A stretch of 64,000 bases of DNA. It comes from a virus. Made by a program: the position numbers and the translations under genes. The notes beneath the pieces were generated by a model, which searched no databases, was not told where the DNA came from, and saw nothing but the letters and a program-made list of their open reading frames with translations. Of the stretch, positions 55,521 through 64,000 are shown one piece after another; position 1 is the stretch's first letter; each line of letters starts with the position of its first letter. Location of the stretch: positions 32,001 through 96,000 of IMG/VR virus record IMGVR_UViG_3300031841_003468; one strand, 5' to 3'.

Positions 55521-56349
55521 GCTTTCCAAAGACGAACAAAGATTTATCTCTGAGAATTCAGAGTCTCTTTCTGTGGAGCAAATTGCATCTGAGCTCGATA
55601 GAGATCCTAAAAGCATCGCCAAGTGGATAATGGATCATATTGGAGTCAGTCAGGCTGACAAGGATGAATTAGAATCATTAACGGGTCTTCGTGATAAAGC
55701 ATATTATCGTGAGCTTAAAAAGCAATTTACAGAGAGCGAACTTGAAATGTTTGAGTTTCACTTCAAGAAAATGTGGTCACAGTTTAAGGACGACGTATTC
55801 CACACAGAAGAAATTCAAATCATCGACACGATTAAACTCGAAATCTTAATGAATAGAATTCTTGTTAGTCAAGCTGAGAATCAAAAAGCTATAGAAGGTA
55901 CAAGCATGTTGATTCAAGTCGAGAAACAAAAAGATAAAGAAGATAGAGACAGAGACTATATAATCAACCTCGAACGGCAACTAGCGGTTCTAAGAGGAGC
56001 TAATGAAACATTAAGTAAGGATTATAAGGATCTACAGACAAAGAAAACAGCGAATCTAAAGGAACTAAAAGGTACTCGTGAACAAAGAATCAAGTCGATT
56101 GAAGACTCGAAACAATCCTTTGCAGCATTCGTCAAAAAGCTCGTAAAAGATCCTGAGCACAGGAAGCATTTGGGTCTAGAAATGGAAAAGATGCGACTCG
56201 CTACCGAAAGAGAAAGAGATCGCTTAGGTGAGATTTTCAAATACGAAGACAAGGGCATAGATCGTCCATTCCTGACAGCCGATACTGTTAGCGGGACACC
56301 AAAAGAACGAGCAGAAGCCGAAAAAGAGGAAAAAGAAAACAATGAGTAA
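55507..56349 (+). CDS. HTH plus coiled-coil protein, possible terminase small subunit
   Basis: N-terminal SVEQIASELDRDPKSIAKW; upstream of TerL. TerS role is inferred from position only. Confidence 0.45.
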   Translation: MKKGRLSKDEQRFISENSESLSVEQIASELDRDPKSIAKWIMDHIGVSQADKDELESLTGLRDKAYYRELKKQFTESELEMFEFHFKKMWSQFKDDVFHTEEIQIIDTIKLEILMNRILVSQAENQKAIEGTSMLIQVEKQKDKEDRDRDYIINLERQLAVLRGANETLSKDYKDLQTKKTANLKELKGTREQRIKSIEDSKQSFAAFVKKLVKDPEHRKHLGLEMEKMRLATERERDRLGEIFKYEDKGIDRPFLTADTVSGTPKERAEAEKEEKENNE

Positions 56350-57397
56350 AAAAGCTTTAATAACTGGACTTAGTGGACAAGATGGATCTTACCTAGCAGA
56401 ATTACTATTAGCAAAAGGTTACGAAGTTGCTGGGGTTGTACGACGAGTAAGTGTACCCACAACTAATCGTGTTAACCATCTGCTAAAAGACTTACGCATT
56501 ATAGAGGGCGACGTTTGCGACCCGTTTTGCGTAAATGAGGCTATAAACGATTTTAAACCAGATGAAGTATATAACCTCGCTGCACAGTCACATGTTGGCA
56601 CAAGCTTTAAACAACCTACTGTAACTTGGAATATTGATGCTCAAGGAGTTTTAAATTTCTTAGAAGCCATCAGACTTTCAGGACGACCCGAAGAGATTAA
56701 ATTCTATCAGGCTAGTACGAGCGAAATGTTCGGCAGTAATATGGACGAAGACGAAGACGGTCATTATCAAGACGAGAACACTCTCTTTCATCCCGAATCT
56801 CCATACGCCATTGCAAAGGTCGCAGCACACCAAGCTGTAGGACTTTACCGCAGAGCTTATGGTATTCATGGGAGTTGTGGTATTTTATTTAATCACGAGT
56901 CTGAAAGACGTGGAGAAAATTTTGTAACTCGAAAGATTACTAAATGGATTGGAGAATACTGGAACTGGTTAACAACAGATATTGAACCCGGTATTCCTAT
57001 GGAATTTGATGTAGACAACATTATCGACCCAAATGGTAACAAGTTTCCAAAATTGCGACTAGGCAACCTAGATGCTTATCGTGATTGGGGACATGCAGAA
57101 GATTATGTAAAAGCCATGTGGTTGATGCTGCAACAAGACGAAGGTGACGACTATGTTGTCTCTACAGGTGAAACCCATAGCATAAGAGACTTCCTTGATA
57201 TCGCATTTCCTAAGATAGGAGTCGAAGATTGGAGTAACTATGTTGTGGTAGATCCTAAGTTCTTTAGACCCTCAGAAGTTCCTTATCTACGTGGAAAATC
57301 AGATAAAGCGAAACAAAAATTGAATTGGGAACCTGAAGTCAAATTTAGCGAACTAGTTCATAGAATGGTACATTCTGACAAAGAGAATTGTAAATAA
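56342..57397 (+). CDS. gmd: GDP-mannose 4,6-dehydratase
   Basis: ITGLSGQDGSYLAE, NLAAQSHV, QASTSEMFG, SPYAIAK, GILFNHES, RDWGHA. Confidence 0.96.
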   Translation: MSKKALITGLSGQDGSYLAELLLAKGYEVAGVVRRVSVPTTNRVNHLLKDLRIIEGDVCDPFCVNEAINDFKPDEVYNLAAQSHVGTSFKQPTVTWNIDAQGVLNFLEAIRLSGRPEEIKFYQASTSEMFGSNMDEDEDGHYQDENTLFHPESPYAIAKVAAHQAVGLYRRAYGIHGSCGILFNHESERRGENFVTRKITKWIGEYWNWLTTDIEPGIPMEFDVDNIIDPNGNKFPKLRLGNLDAYRDWGHAEDYVKAMWLMLQQDEGDDYVVSTGETHSIRDFLDIAFPKIGVEDWSNYVVVDPKFFRPSEVPYLRGKSDKAKQKLNWEPEVKFSELVHRMVHSDKENCK

Positions 57398-57690
57398 TGG
57401 GCAGAAATTTCAATGATCCTGTGTATAAACAGTGGAGAAAAGACGTTTTAACAAGAGATTGTTATAAGTGTCAGATGCCTAATTGTAAAAGGAAGGGCAA
57501 AAGAATGCAAGTTCACCACATACAAAAGTGGAGTTCTGCTTCTTACCTAAGATATGATGTTGATAACGGAATAACATTATGTTGGGATTGCCACAACTAT
57601 GAAGTGAATCAGTATGAGGAAGCTTATGTTGGCTTATTCATGGATATAGTTGCGGAGAACAAGAAACAACAGGAGAAAAGGCGAAGATAA
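57397..57690 (+). CDS. small HNH endonuclease (packaging-associated type)
   Basis: RDCYKCQ...VHHI...NGITLCWDCH. Confidence 0.88.
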   Translation: MGRNFNDPVYKQWRKDVLTRDCYKCQMPNCKRKGKRMQVHHIQKWSSASYLRYDVDNGITLCWDCHNYEVNQYEEAYVGLFMDIVAENKKQQEKRRR

Positions 57691-57737
57691 CTTATTGGGG
57701 TTCCATTTGTATTCTTGCTATCAAGAAAGGTTTACAG

Positions 57738-58235
57738 ATGTCAAAAAATATCCCAAACTACACAGTAATAAAGGATACTAGAGAGAAAGACGGATGGTTT
57801 TTCAAACCTTATGATAAATGTCAAGGCATGGAAGTCATGGGGTTGAAAACTGGCGACTATACTCTCAAAGGATACGAAGACGTAATTTGTATTGAAAGAA
57901 AAGCAAGTGCTGCGGAAATTGCCGCAAACTTAGGAAAGAAGAAACGACCATTTCAAGCAGAGATGGAACGTATGACTGAATTCCAACACTCTTTTCTTAT
58001 ACTAGAATTTTCAATGGACGACTTATTAAAGTTCCCTGAAGGCTCTGGTATTCCAAAGTGGCAGCAGAAAAATGTGCGTGTCAGTGGAAAGTACTTACTA
58101 AAGTGTTTACTAGAATTTCAACTATGGTATGATACTAAGGTGCTTTTCTGCGGAAGCAAATACAACGCCTTCTTGGTTACTAATAGTTTATTTAAACGTT
58201 TAAACGAGATGTTGTATAATGATGAAGAACACTAG
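57738..58235 (+). CDS. ERCC4-domain nuclease
   Basis: DTRE, LKTGDY, IERK motifs. Confidence 0.88.
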   Translation: MSKNIPNYTVIKDTREKDGWFFKPYDKCQGMEVMGLKTGDYTLKGYEDVICIERKASAAEIAANLGKKKRPFQAEMERMTEFQHSFLILEFSMDDLLKFPEGSGIPKWQQKNVRVSGKYLLKCLLEFQLWYDTKVLFCGSKYNAFLVTNSLFKRLNEMLYNDEEH

Positions 58236-58899
58236 GCAACAGAAGCATAGTCTTATATCAGAAATTAATAATTATGATATATTAATAGATACCCGTGAGA
58301 TTTTTCTACACGGTTCTCTAGACTTTTCTGAAGACACTGGTGTCGATCATATTATGGCAAATCAGTTTTTAAGAAACGTTAGGCTCTTAGAGTCTTTCAG
58401 TTGCAATACTATCATTGTGCACCAGCACAGTATAGGTGGAAACTGGGATGCAGGTATTATGATCTATGATATTATTAATCAAAGTCAATGTCCGTTCATT
58501 TTCATTTGTCATGGAATGGCCGCTAGCATGGGGAGCATTATTCCTCAGGCTGCTTACGATAAAGGCATGAGAATTTCAATGCCTAACTGTGATTGGCTTA
58601 TCCACGACGGTGTTGTGGGAACTGAAGGAACACTAAAACAATTCAGTTCTTACCATGAATATATTAAGAAGATAGAAGAAGTCACTATGAATATATATAC
58701 TAGTGTTTGTAGTGAAACTGGATCAAGATTTGAAGGAAAGACTTCTAGACAGGTTAATTCTACTATTAGAAAACAACTTAGACAGAAGGAAGACTGGTGG
58801 CTTACTCCTAGAGAAGCTGTCGAATATGGATTCGCTGACGCAGTGTTGGGGGATGAAGGATACGAAAACATTAAAGAGATAAAATCACTACTAGAATGA
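58219..58899 (+). CDS. clpP: ClpP-like protease
   Basis: SIGG, GMAASMGS, LIHD, DWWLTPREAVEYGFADAV. Confidence 0.88.
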   Translation: MMKNTRQQKHSLISEINNYDILIDTREIFLHGSLDFSEDTGVDHIMANQFLRNVRLLESFSCNTIIVHQHSIGGNWDAGIMIYDIINQSQCPFIFICHGMAASMGSIIPQAAYDKGMRISMPNCDWLIHDGVVGTEGTLKQFSSYHEYIKKIEEVTMNIYTSVCSETGSRFEGKTSRQVNSTIRKQLRQKEDWWLTPREAVEYGFADAVLGDEGYENIKEIKSLLE

Positions 58900-60899
58900 G
58901 TAAAATAATAAAACCAAATATGGAACAGATTATTCAGGATGCTTGGCTTGGAATTGAAGTCGATCCTGAAACATTGTTTAACCCACTTAATTATATATAT
59001 GATCAAGGTGGGATAGACGACTTTGCGGACAGACTAGCTTGGTTATTTATGCAGCCAGAGTATTTTTACTTTGCCTGTAAATACATTCTAGGAATTGAAA
59101 TTACTCCCTTTCAGTCATTACTGCTAAAGGAAATGTGGAATAGGAAGTTCCCAATGCTCATCGGTTCTCGTGGTATGGGTAAGTCATTTATTCTATCTGT
59201 GTACCCTATCTTACGAGCTTTATTTATTCCGGGAAGAAAAGTAACTATTGTTGGTGCTGCTTTCCGTCAATCTAAAGTTTTGTTTGAATATATGGATACC
59301 ATTTGGAGAAATGCTCCAATCCTAAGAGACCTGTGCGATAGTTCAAGTGGGCCAAAGCGTGAAGTTGACCGTTGTGTTATGAAAATTAACGGTTCTGTTA
59401 TCACTGCGTTGCCTCTTGGTGATGGTCAGAAGATTCGTGGTCAACGTGCGAACGATATCGTTGCCGACGAATTTGCAACCATTCCTAGAGATATTTTTGA
59501 AAACGTTGTTGCTGGTTTTGCCGCTGTTAGTGCCTCACCTATCGAAAATGTCAAATACTCTGCTGCGAAAAGAAAAGCTGAAGAGCTTGGAATTGAGCTA
59601 GAAAAGTCAGAAGTTAAGACACCTAAAGAATCCATTGCCAACCAGATCATTATCTCTGGTACGGCTTACTATGACTTCAATCATTTCGCTGACTACTGGA
59701 AGCGATATAAAAGAATTATTAATACAGAAGGCAAAAAGAAGAACCTTGAAGAAATGTTCGGAGGCCCTGTACCTAAAGACTTTAACTGGACTGATTATGC
59801 AATCATGAGAATTCCTTTTGAAATGCTTCCTGACGGATTTATGGATAAGGCTCAGGTAGCAAGATCTAAGGCTACAATTCACTCTGGTATTTATCAAATG
59901 GAATATGGTGCCTGTTTTACTACAGACAGTCAAGGGTTCTTTAGAAGATCTCTCATTGAGTCTTGTGTTGCCAATAAGCATGATCCAGTTAAACTTCCTA
60001 GCGGAGATGTCTGGTTCAATGCTGTAGTTAAGGGTAATCCTAACAAGAAATATGTTTATGGTATTGACCCTGCATCTGAAGTTGATAACTTTTCTATTGT
60101 TGTTATAGAGCTAGAAGCTGACCACAGAAGAATTGTGTATTGCTGGACTACCAATAGACAACGCCATAAGGAGCAGATTAAAAAGGGTCTGACTAACGAA
60201 GATGACTTCTACTCCTTCTGTGCAAGAAAAATTCGAGACCTAATGAAGATCTTCCCTTGCGAAGAAATCGCTCTCGATGCTCAGGGTGGTGGTATTGCTG
60301 TAATGGAAGCTTTGCACGATAAAGACAAGATTCGTGAAGGCGAAGTAGCAATTTGGCCAAAAATCGACGAAAAAAAATGGAAAGATACAGACGGGGAAGC
60401 TGGACTGCATATTGTCGAATTATGCCAGTTTGCAAGGGGTGATTGGCTCGCTGAGTGTAATCACGGACTCCGAAAAGATATGGAAGATAAAATATTATTG
60501 TTCCCTTATTTCGATTCTGCCAGTTTAGGGCTTGCATTAGAGGACGATAAGAGATATAATAGAGTATACGATACTCTTGAAGATTGTGTGATGGAAATCG
60601 AAGAGTTGAAGGATGAGCTAGCGATGATTGTCGTTACTGTAAGTGATTCCGGTCGAGAACGATGGGATACACCTCAAGTAAAGGCTGCTGGCTCAAAGAA
60701 AGGTAGATTAAGAAAAGACCGCTACTCTTCTTTGATTATTGCAAACATGTCAGCTAGACAGCTCATGAGAGCACCAGAGAAAGTAGATTACGATACAATC
60801 GGCGGTTTTGCCGGAGGATTAAGGTCTGATCAGGATAATCAGGGCCCAATGTATCATGGCCCATCTTGGTTTACTGAAAAAATAAGTAAATTATATTAA
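58896..60899 (+). CDS. terL: terminase large subunit
   Basis: Walker A GSRGMGKS, Walker B IVADE, RGQR, nuclease YGIDPAS, KDRYS. Confidence 0.93.
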   Translation: MSKIIKPNMEQIIQDAWLGIEVDPETLFNPLNYIYDQGGIDDFADRLAWLFMQPEYFYFACKYILGIEITPFQSLLLKEMWNRKFPMLIGSRGMGKSFILSVYPILRALFIPGRKVTIVGAAFRQSKVLFEYMDTIWRNAPILRDLCDSSSGPKREVDRCVMKINGSVITALPLGDGQKIRGQRANDIVADEFATIPRDIFENVVAGFAAVSASPIENVKYSAAKRKAEELGIELEKSEVKTPKESIANQIIISGTAYYDFNHFADYWKRYKRIINTEGKKKNLEEMFGGPVPKDFNWTDYAIMRIPFEMLPDGFMDKAQVARSKATIHSGIYQMEYGACFTTDSQGFFRRSLIESCVANKHDPVKLPSGDVWFNAVVKGNPNKKYVYGIDPASEVDNFSIVVIELEADHRRIVYCWTTNRQRHKEQIKKGLTNEDDFYSFCARKIRDLMKIFPCEEIALDAQGGGIAVMEALHDKDKIREGEVAIWPKIDEKKWKDTDGEAGLHIVELCQFARGDWLAECNHGLRKDMEDKILLFPYFDSASLGLALEDDKRYNRVYDTLEDCVMEIEELKDELAMIVVTVSDSGRERWDTPQVKAAGSKKGRLRKDRYSSLIIANMSARQLMRAPEKVDYDTIGGFAGGLRSDQDNQGPMYHGPSWFTEKISKLY

Positions 60900-60959
60900 T
60901 CTTGTGTATTTTATTTGGTAATCATATTATCAATTAGATTGATCTGGAGAGTGGACAAA

Positions 60960-63056
60960 ATGACTAACGATGGCTTTATAACTTGGGGCGACGACAAAGA
61001 CAGGTCGAGTGCCTTCCGCAAGGCAGCAGATAACATCGACCTATACGATGGTATCCAAAAAGCCTCTGCACACAGCAGAAACAACTATATGAACATTGAG
61101 CCGAATCGCTCTGTTCGTACTGGCTTTACCAAAAAAGACTACAATGGTTTCCGTCCCGGAGAAGCTGTTCCTAGTAAGCAAAAAGAAGCCATGAAGATGT
61201 GCATGGACGCTTATGATCGTGTCGGTATTATTCGCAATGTAATTGATTTGATGGGTGACTTCGCTACTCAGGGTATCACTATTACTCACCCAAACAAGAC
61301 CATCGAGAAGTTCTACAAAAACTGGTTCAATAAAGTCAACGGAACAGAAAGATCTGAACGCTTCCTTAACTTGCTATATCGCTCTGGAAACGTTGTAGTA
61401 AGAAGAAGAACAGCTAAAGTAAATAAAAAACAAGAAGTAGAACTAAAAAAGGCTGGTGCAGCAGACCTAGACATTGAAAAGTTTGAGTATGTAAAGAGAG
61501 AAATTCCTTGGCACTACGACTTTCTAAATCCTCTACATGTAGAAGTAAGAGACCAAGCTGGCAACTTCTACGGAGACAAGCAATACCTCTTAAGAGTCTC
61601 CAAGACCACAAAAAACCTTCTAAGCTCTAGTATGCACAACTATGAAACTTTACTAGACTCAATCCCAGAAGATCTAAAAAACAATATTAAAGATGGTATG
61701 GACTTCCTACCTCTAGAAAAAGGTAAGACTAAGTGCTTCCATTATAAAAAGGATGATTGGAAATCTTGGGCTAATCCTATGGTTTACTCCATCCTTGATG
61801 ACATTCTTATGCTAGAAAAGATGAAGCTAGCTGACCTCGCAGCACTAGATGGTGCTATCTCTCAAGTAAGGCTTTGGAAAATTGGTGACCTAGAACACAA
61901 GATTCTTCCAACCAAAGCAGCTATTAATAAGCTTCGTGACATCTTAGGCAGTAATGTTGGCGGTGGTACAATGGACTTAGTTTGGGGCCCTGAGCTTGAC
62001 TTCAAGGAATCTGCAACTCAAGTATACAGATTCTTGGGCTCTGAAAAGTACCAACCAGTTCTTACTAGTATTTATGCTGGACTAGGCATTCCTCCTACTT
62101 TAACTGGTGCCTCTGGCGGCGGTGGATACAGCAATAACTTTGTATCTTTAAAGACTTTAGTAGAAAGACTAGAGTATGGTCGTGACATCTTAAAGAGATT
62201 CTGGCAAGAAGAAATTAAAATCATTCAAAAGGCTATGGGCTTTAGACTTCCAGCCATCATTCATTTTGACTCTATCGTATTGTCTGACGAAGCTACTGAA
62301 AAGAACCTTCTAATTCAATTAGCAGATAGAGACATTATCTCTCACGAAACTCTTCTAGAAAGATTTAACGAGAACCACATGATTGAAAAGACTCGCTCTC
62401 GCAGAGAAGAAAAGTACCGCCAAAATGACAGGTACGCTGCCCAGAAAGCTAGCCCATACCATCACCCACAGCATCACGACGATTTAGTTAAGATTGCTCT
62501 TACTCAAGATAGGCTGGCAGATAAGTACCTTACAGACATGGGTATCCCAACTAAAAAGGCTCCAAAGCCTGAAGCTCCTAAACAAGGTGCTCCTCAGGAA
62601 GAAAAGCAGGAACCGACCGGAAGACCAGAAGATGGACGACCAAAGATGGCTAAAGACAGCCAAAAAAGAAAACAAAAACGAGTACTACCAAAGAGTGGCA
62701 CGGCATCTGTAACTACTACTTTATGGGCATTGAACGCTCAGAAAGAGATCTCAGATGTAATTATGCCAGCAGTACTTAATCACTATGGAAAGAAGGATAC
62801 TAGAGGACTAACTAAGGCTCAAGTACAAGAATGTGAAGACCTAAAGCTTGCCGTTCTCACTGCTACTAAGCCTAATTCCGAAATTACTCCTGAGGCTGTA
62901 AAGTCTGCTTTAGACTCCGGCTTGAGGCCATCATCCGACTTCCTATCTGTGGCATCTAACCTCAGTGAAGAGTTTGAAGCTCAAAATCTTCGTTCTCCAA
63001 ACACTGAAGAGATGAGATATATATACGCATCAGCTTACGCAAGTATCGCTGGGTAA
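60960..63056 (+). CDS. portal protein
   Basis: Follows TerL; VGIIRNVIDLM, IYAGLGIP; size and position. Confidence 0.8.
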   Translation: MTNDGFITWGDDKDRSSAFRKAADNIDLYDGIQKASAHSRNNYMNIEPNRSVRTGFTKKDYNGFRPGEAVPSKQKEAMKMCMDAYDRVGIIRNVIDLMGDFATQGITITHPNKTIEKFYKNWFNKVNGTERSERFLNLLYRSGNVVVRRRTAKVNKKQEVELKKAGAADLDIEKFEYVKREIPWHYDFLNPLHVEVRDQAGNFYGDKQYLLRVSKTTKNLLSSSMHNYETLLDSIPEDLKNNIKDGMDFLPLEKGKTKCFHYKKDDWKSWANPMVYSILDDILMLEKMKLADLAALDGAISQVRLWKIGDLEHKILPTKAAINKLRDILGSNVGGGTMDLVWGPELDFKESATQVYRFLGSEKYQPVLTSIYAGLGIPPTLTGASGGGGYSNNFVSLKTLVERLEYGRDILKRFWQEEIKIIQKAMGFRLPAIIHFDSIVLSDEATEKNLLIQLADRDIISHETLLERFNENHMIEKTRSRREEKYRQNDRYAAQKASPYHHPQHHDDLVKIALTQDRLADKYLTDMGIPTKKAPKPEAPKQGAPQEEKQEPTGRPEDGRPKMAKDSQKRKQKRVLPKSGTASVTTTLWALNAQKEISDVIMPAVLNHYGKKDTRGLTKAQVQECEDLKLAVLTATKPNSEITPEAVKSALDSGLRPSSDFLSVASNLSEEFEAQNLRSPNTEEMRYIYASAYASIAG

Positions 63057-63140
63057 TTTTAGGAAAAAAAAGTTTTTCTCAAAAATTATTGTGTATTATT
63101 CTACAGAGGTCACTATAAAATCTATAGGTTATAAATTATT

Positions 63141-64000
63141 ATGAAAATTTATGCACAAGAAATCAAAGATGGGCTAGAACAGTCTATCACTGAAAACAGC
63201 ACCTTGGCATACGCATCACCAGCAGCTTGTACTGCTGAACCGAATTTAGAAGATGTAGCAGTCGCTACCGAACTTCTAAAGACTGAAGCGGAAAACAAGG
63301 AGCAAATAGATTTATACTACTTAAGTGCTATCTTAGTTAGTACTGGGTGGAATAAGAACGACGACGTATTTGATCCAGCAGAAGTTTGGACTGCACGTAA
63401 CACGCCTGAAGACAAGCAGTTTAATTTTATGCATAATGAGGCTGATATTATTGGCCACATCACTGGTAACTACGCCGTTGACTTTGCGGGAAATAAAATT
63501 TCCGACGAGCTTCAGGAGTCACCTGAAGAGTTCAACATTGTAACATCAGCAGTTCTTTATACTAGCTGGAGTGATCCAGATCTTAGAGAACGTATGAATA
63601 AAATCATTGCTGAAATTGAAGATGGTGACAAATGGTTCGTTTCAATGGAATGTTTATTCTCAAACTTTGATTATGCCCTAACTAATATGGCATCAGGCGA
63701 AACTAAAATTGTAAATCGTAATGAGGCGAGTGCTTTTCTAACTAGACATTTGAGAGCCTATGGCGGCTCTGGATCATACGGTGATTACAAGGTTGGTCGT
63801 TTACTAAGAGATATATCCTTCTCTGGCAAAGGTTTGGTAAGTAAACCGGCTAATCCAAGATCCGTAATTTTGAAGGAAAGCAATATGGCTTTCAGCGAAG
63901 CATCGGCTCAAACAATAGAAGACATAAACCTTATAAAGGAGTCTAAAGACATGAATCTAGAAAATAAGATTGAAGAACTAGAAGCTGCTTTGGCTACTGC
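63141..64000 (+). CDS. prohead protease / scaffold (runs off the window edge)
   Basis: Manual translation MKIYAQEIKDG...NKNDDVF...FMH...IIGH...VSMEC...FSGKGLVSKPANPRS; follows the portal gene. Confidence 0.75.
   Translation, partial: MKIYAQEIKDGLEQSITENSTLAYASPAACTAEPNLEDVAVATELLKTEAENKEQIDLYYLSAILVSTGWNKNDDVFDPAEVWTARNTPEDKQFNFMHNEADIIGHITGNYAVDFAGNKISDELQESPEEFNIVTSAVLYTSWSDPDLRERMNKIIAEIEDGDKWFVSMECLFSNFDYALTNMASGETKIVNRNEASAFLTRHLRAYGGSGSYGDYKVGRLLRDISFSGKGLVSKPANPRSVILKESNMAFSEASAQTIEDINLIKESKDMNLENKIEELEAALAT

Noticed and set aside
289-62712. Many opposite-strand or alternate-frame ORFs in the track (e.g. 1026..1268, 12433..12816, 12632..13105, 19175..19483, 40092..40541, 59607..59981)
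   Set aside because: They shadow well-supported genes or RNAs and lack RBSs and motifs.
1-64000. Stop-codon reassignment
   Set aside because: Recognisable genes are full length in the standard code, TAA, TAG and TGA all end genes, and no suppressor tRNA is seen.

Overview
The window is a 64-kb segment of a large tailed dsDNA phage (terminase, portal, prohead protease, rIIA/rIIB, SSB, two sigma factors, 5 tRNAs and a tmRNA). The host is probably a planctomycete, judged from an N-terminal 'LRFESLEDRRLLA' motif and planctomycete-type dockerin repeats. It has three parts. (1) 1-37 kb, almost all minus strand: nucleotide metabolism, many glycan/nucleotide-sugar enzymes, peptidases, the tRNA/tmRNA cluster and an unannotated run of seven membrane microproteins. 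(2) About 38.6-53.0 kb: short minus-strand genes driven by at least 17 near-identical sigma70-type promoters, bounded by short tandem repeats, resembling an early/host-takeover or long terminal-repeat module. Nine GC-rich double-palindrome elements punctuate it at a near-regular ~1.67-kb interval, each just upstream of a promoter; this is the strongest candidate for an undescribed system. (3) From 54.7 kb, a plus-strand packaging/head operon. Other notable items: a tRNA-Thr with an A34 (AGU) anticodon, two plus-strand structured RNAs 24 kb apart that are complementary over 13 of 14 nt, and apparently catalytically dead DeoC and Nudix folds beside a sigma factor. All calls are by eye from motifs; no database searches were run.
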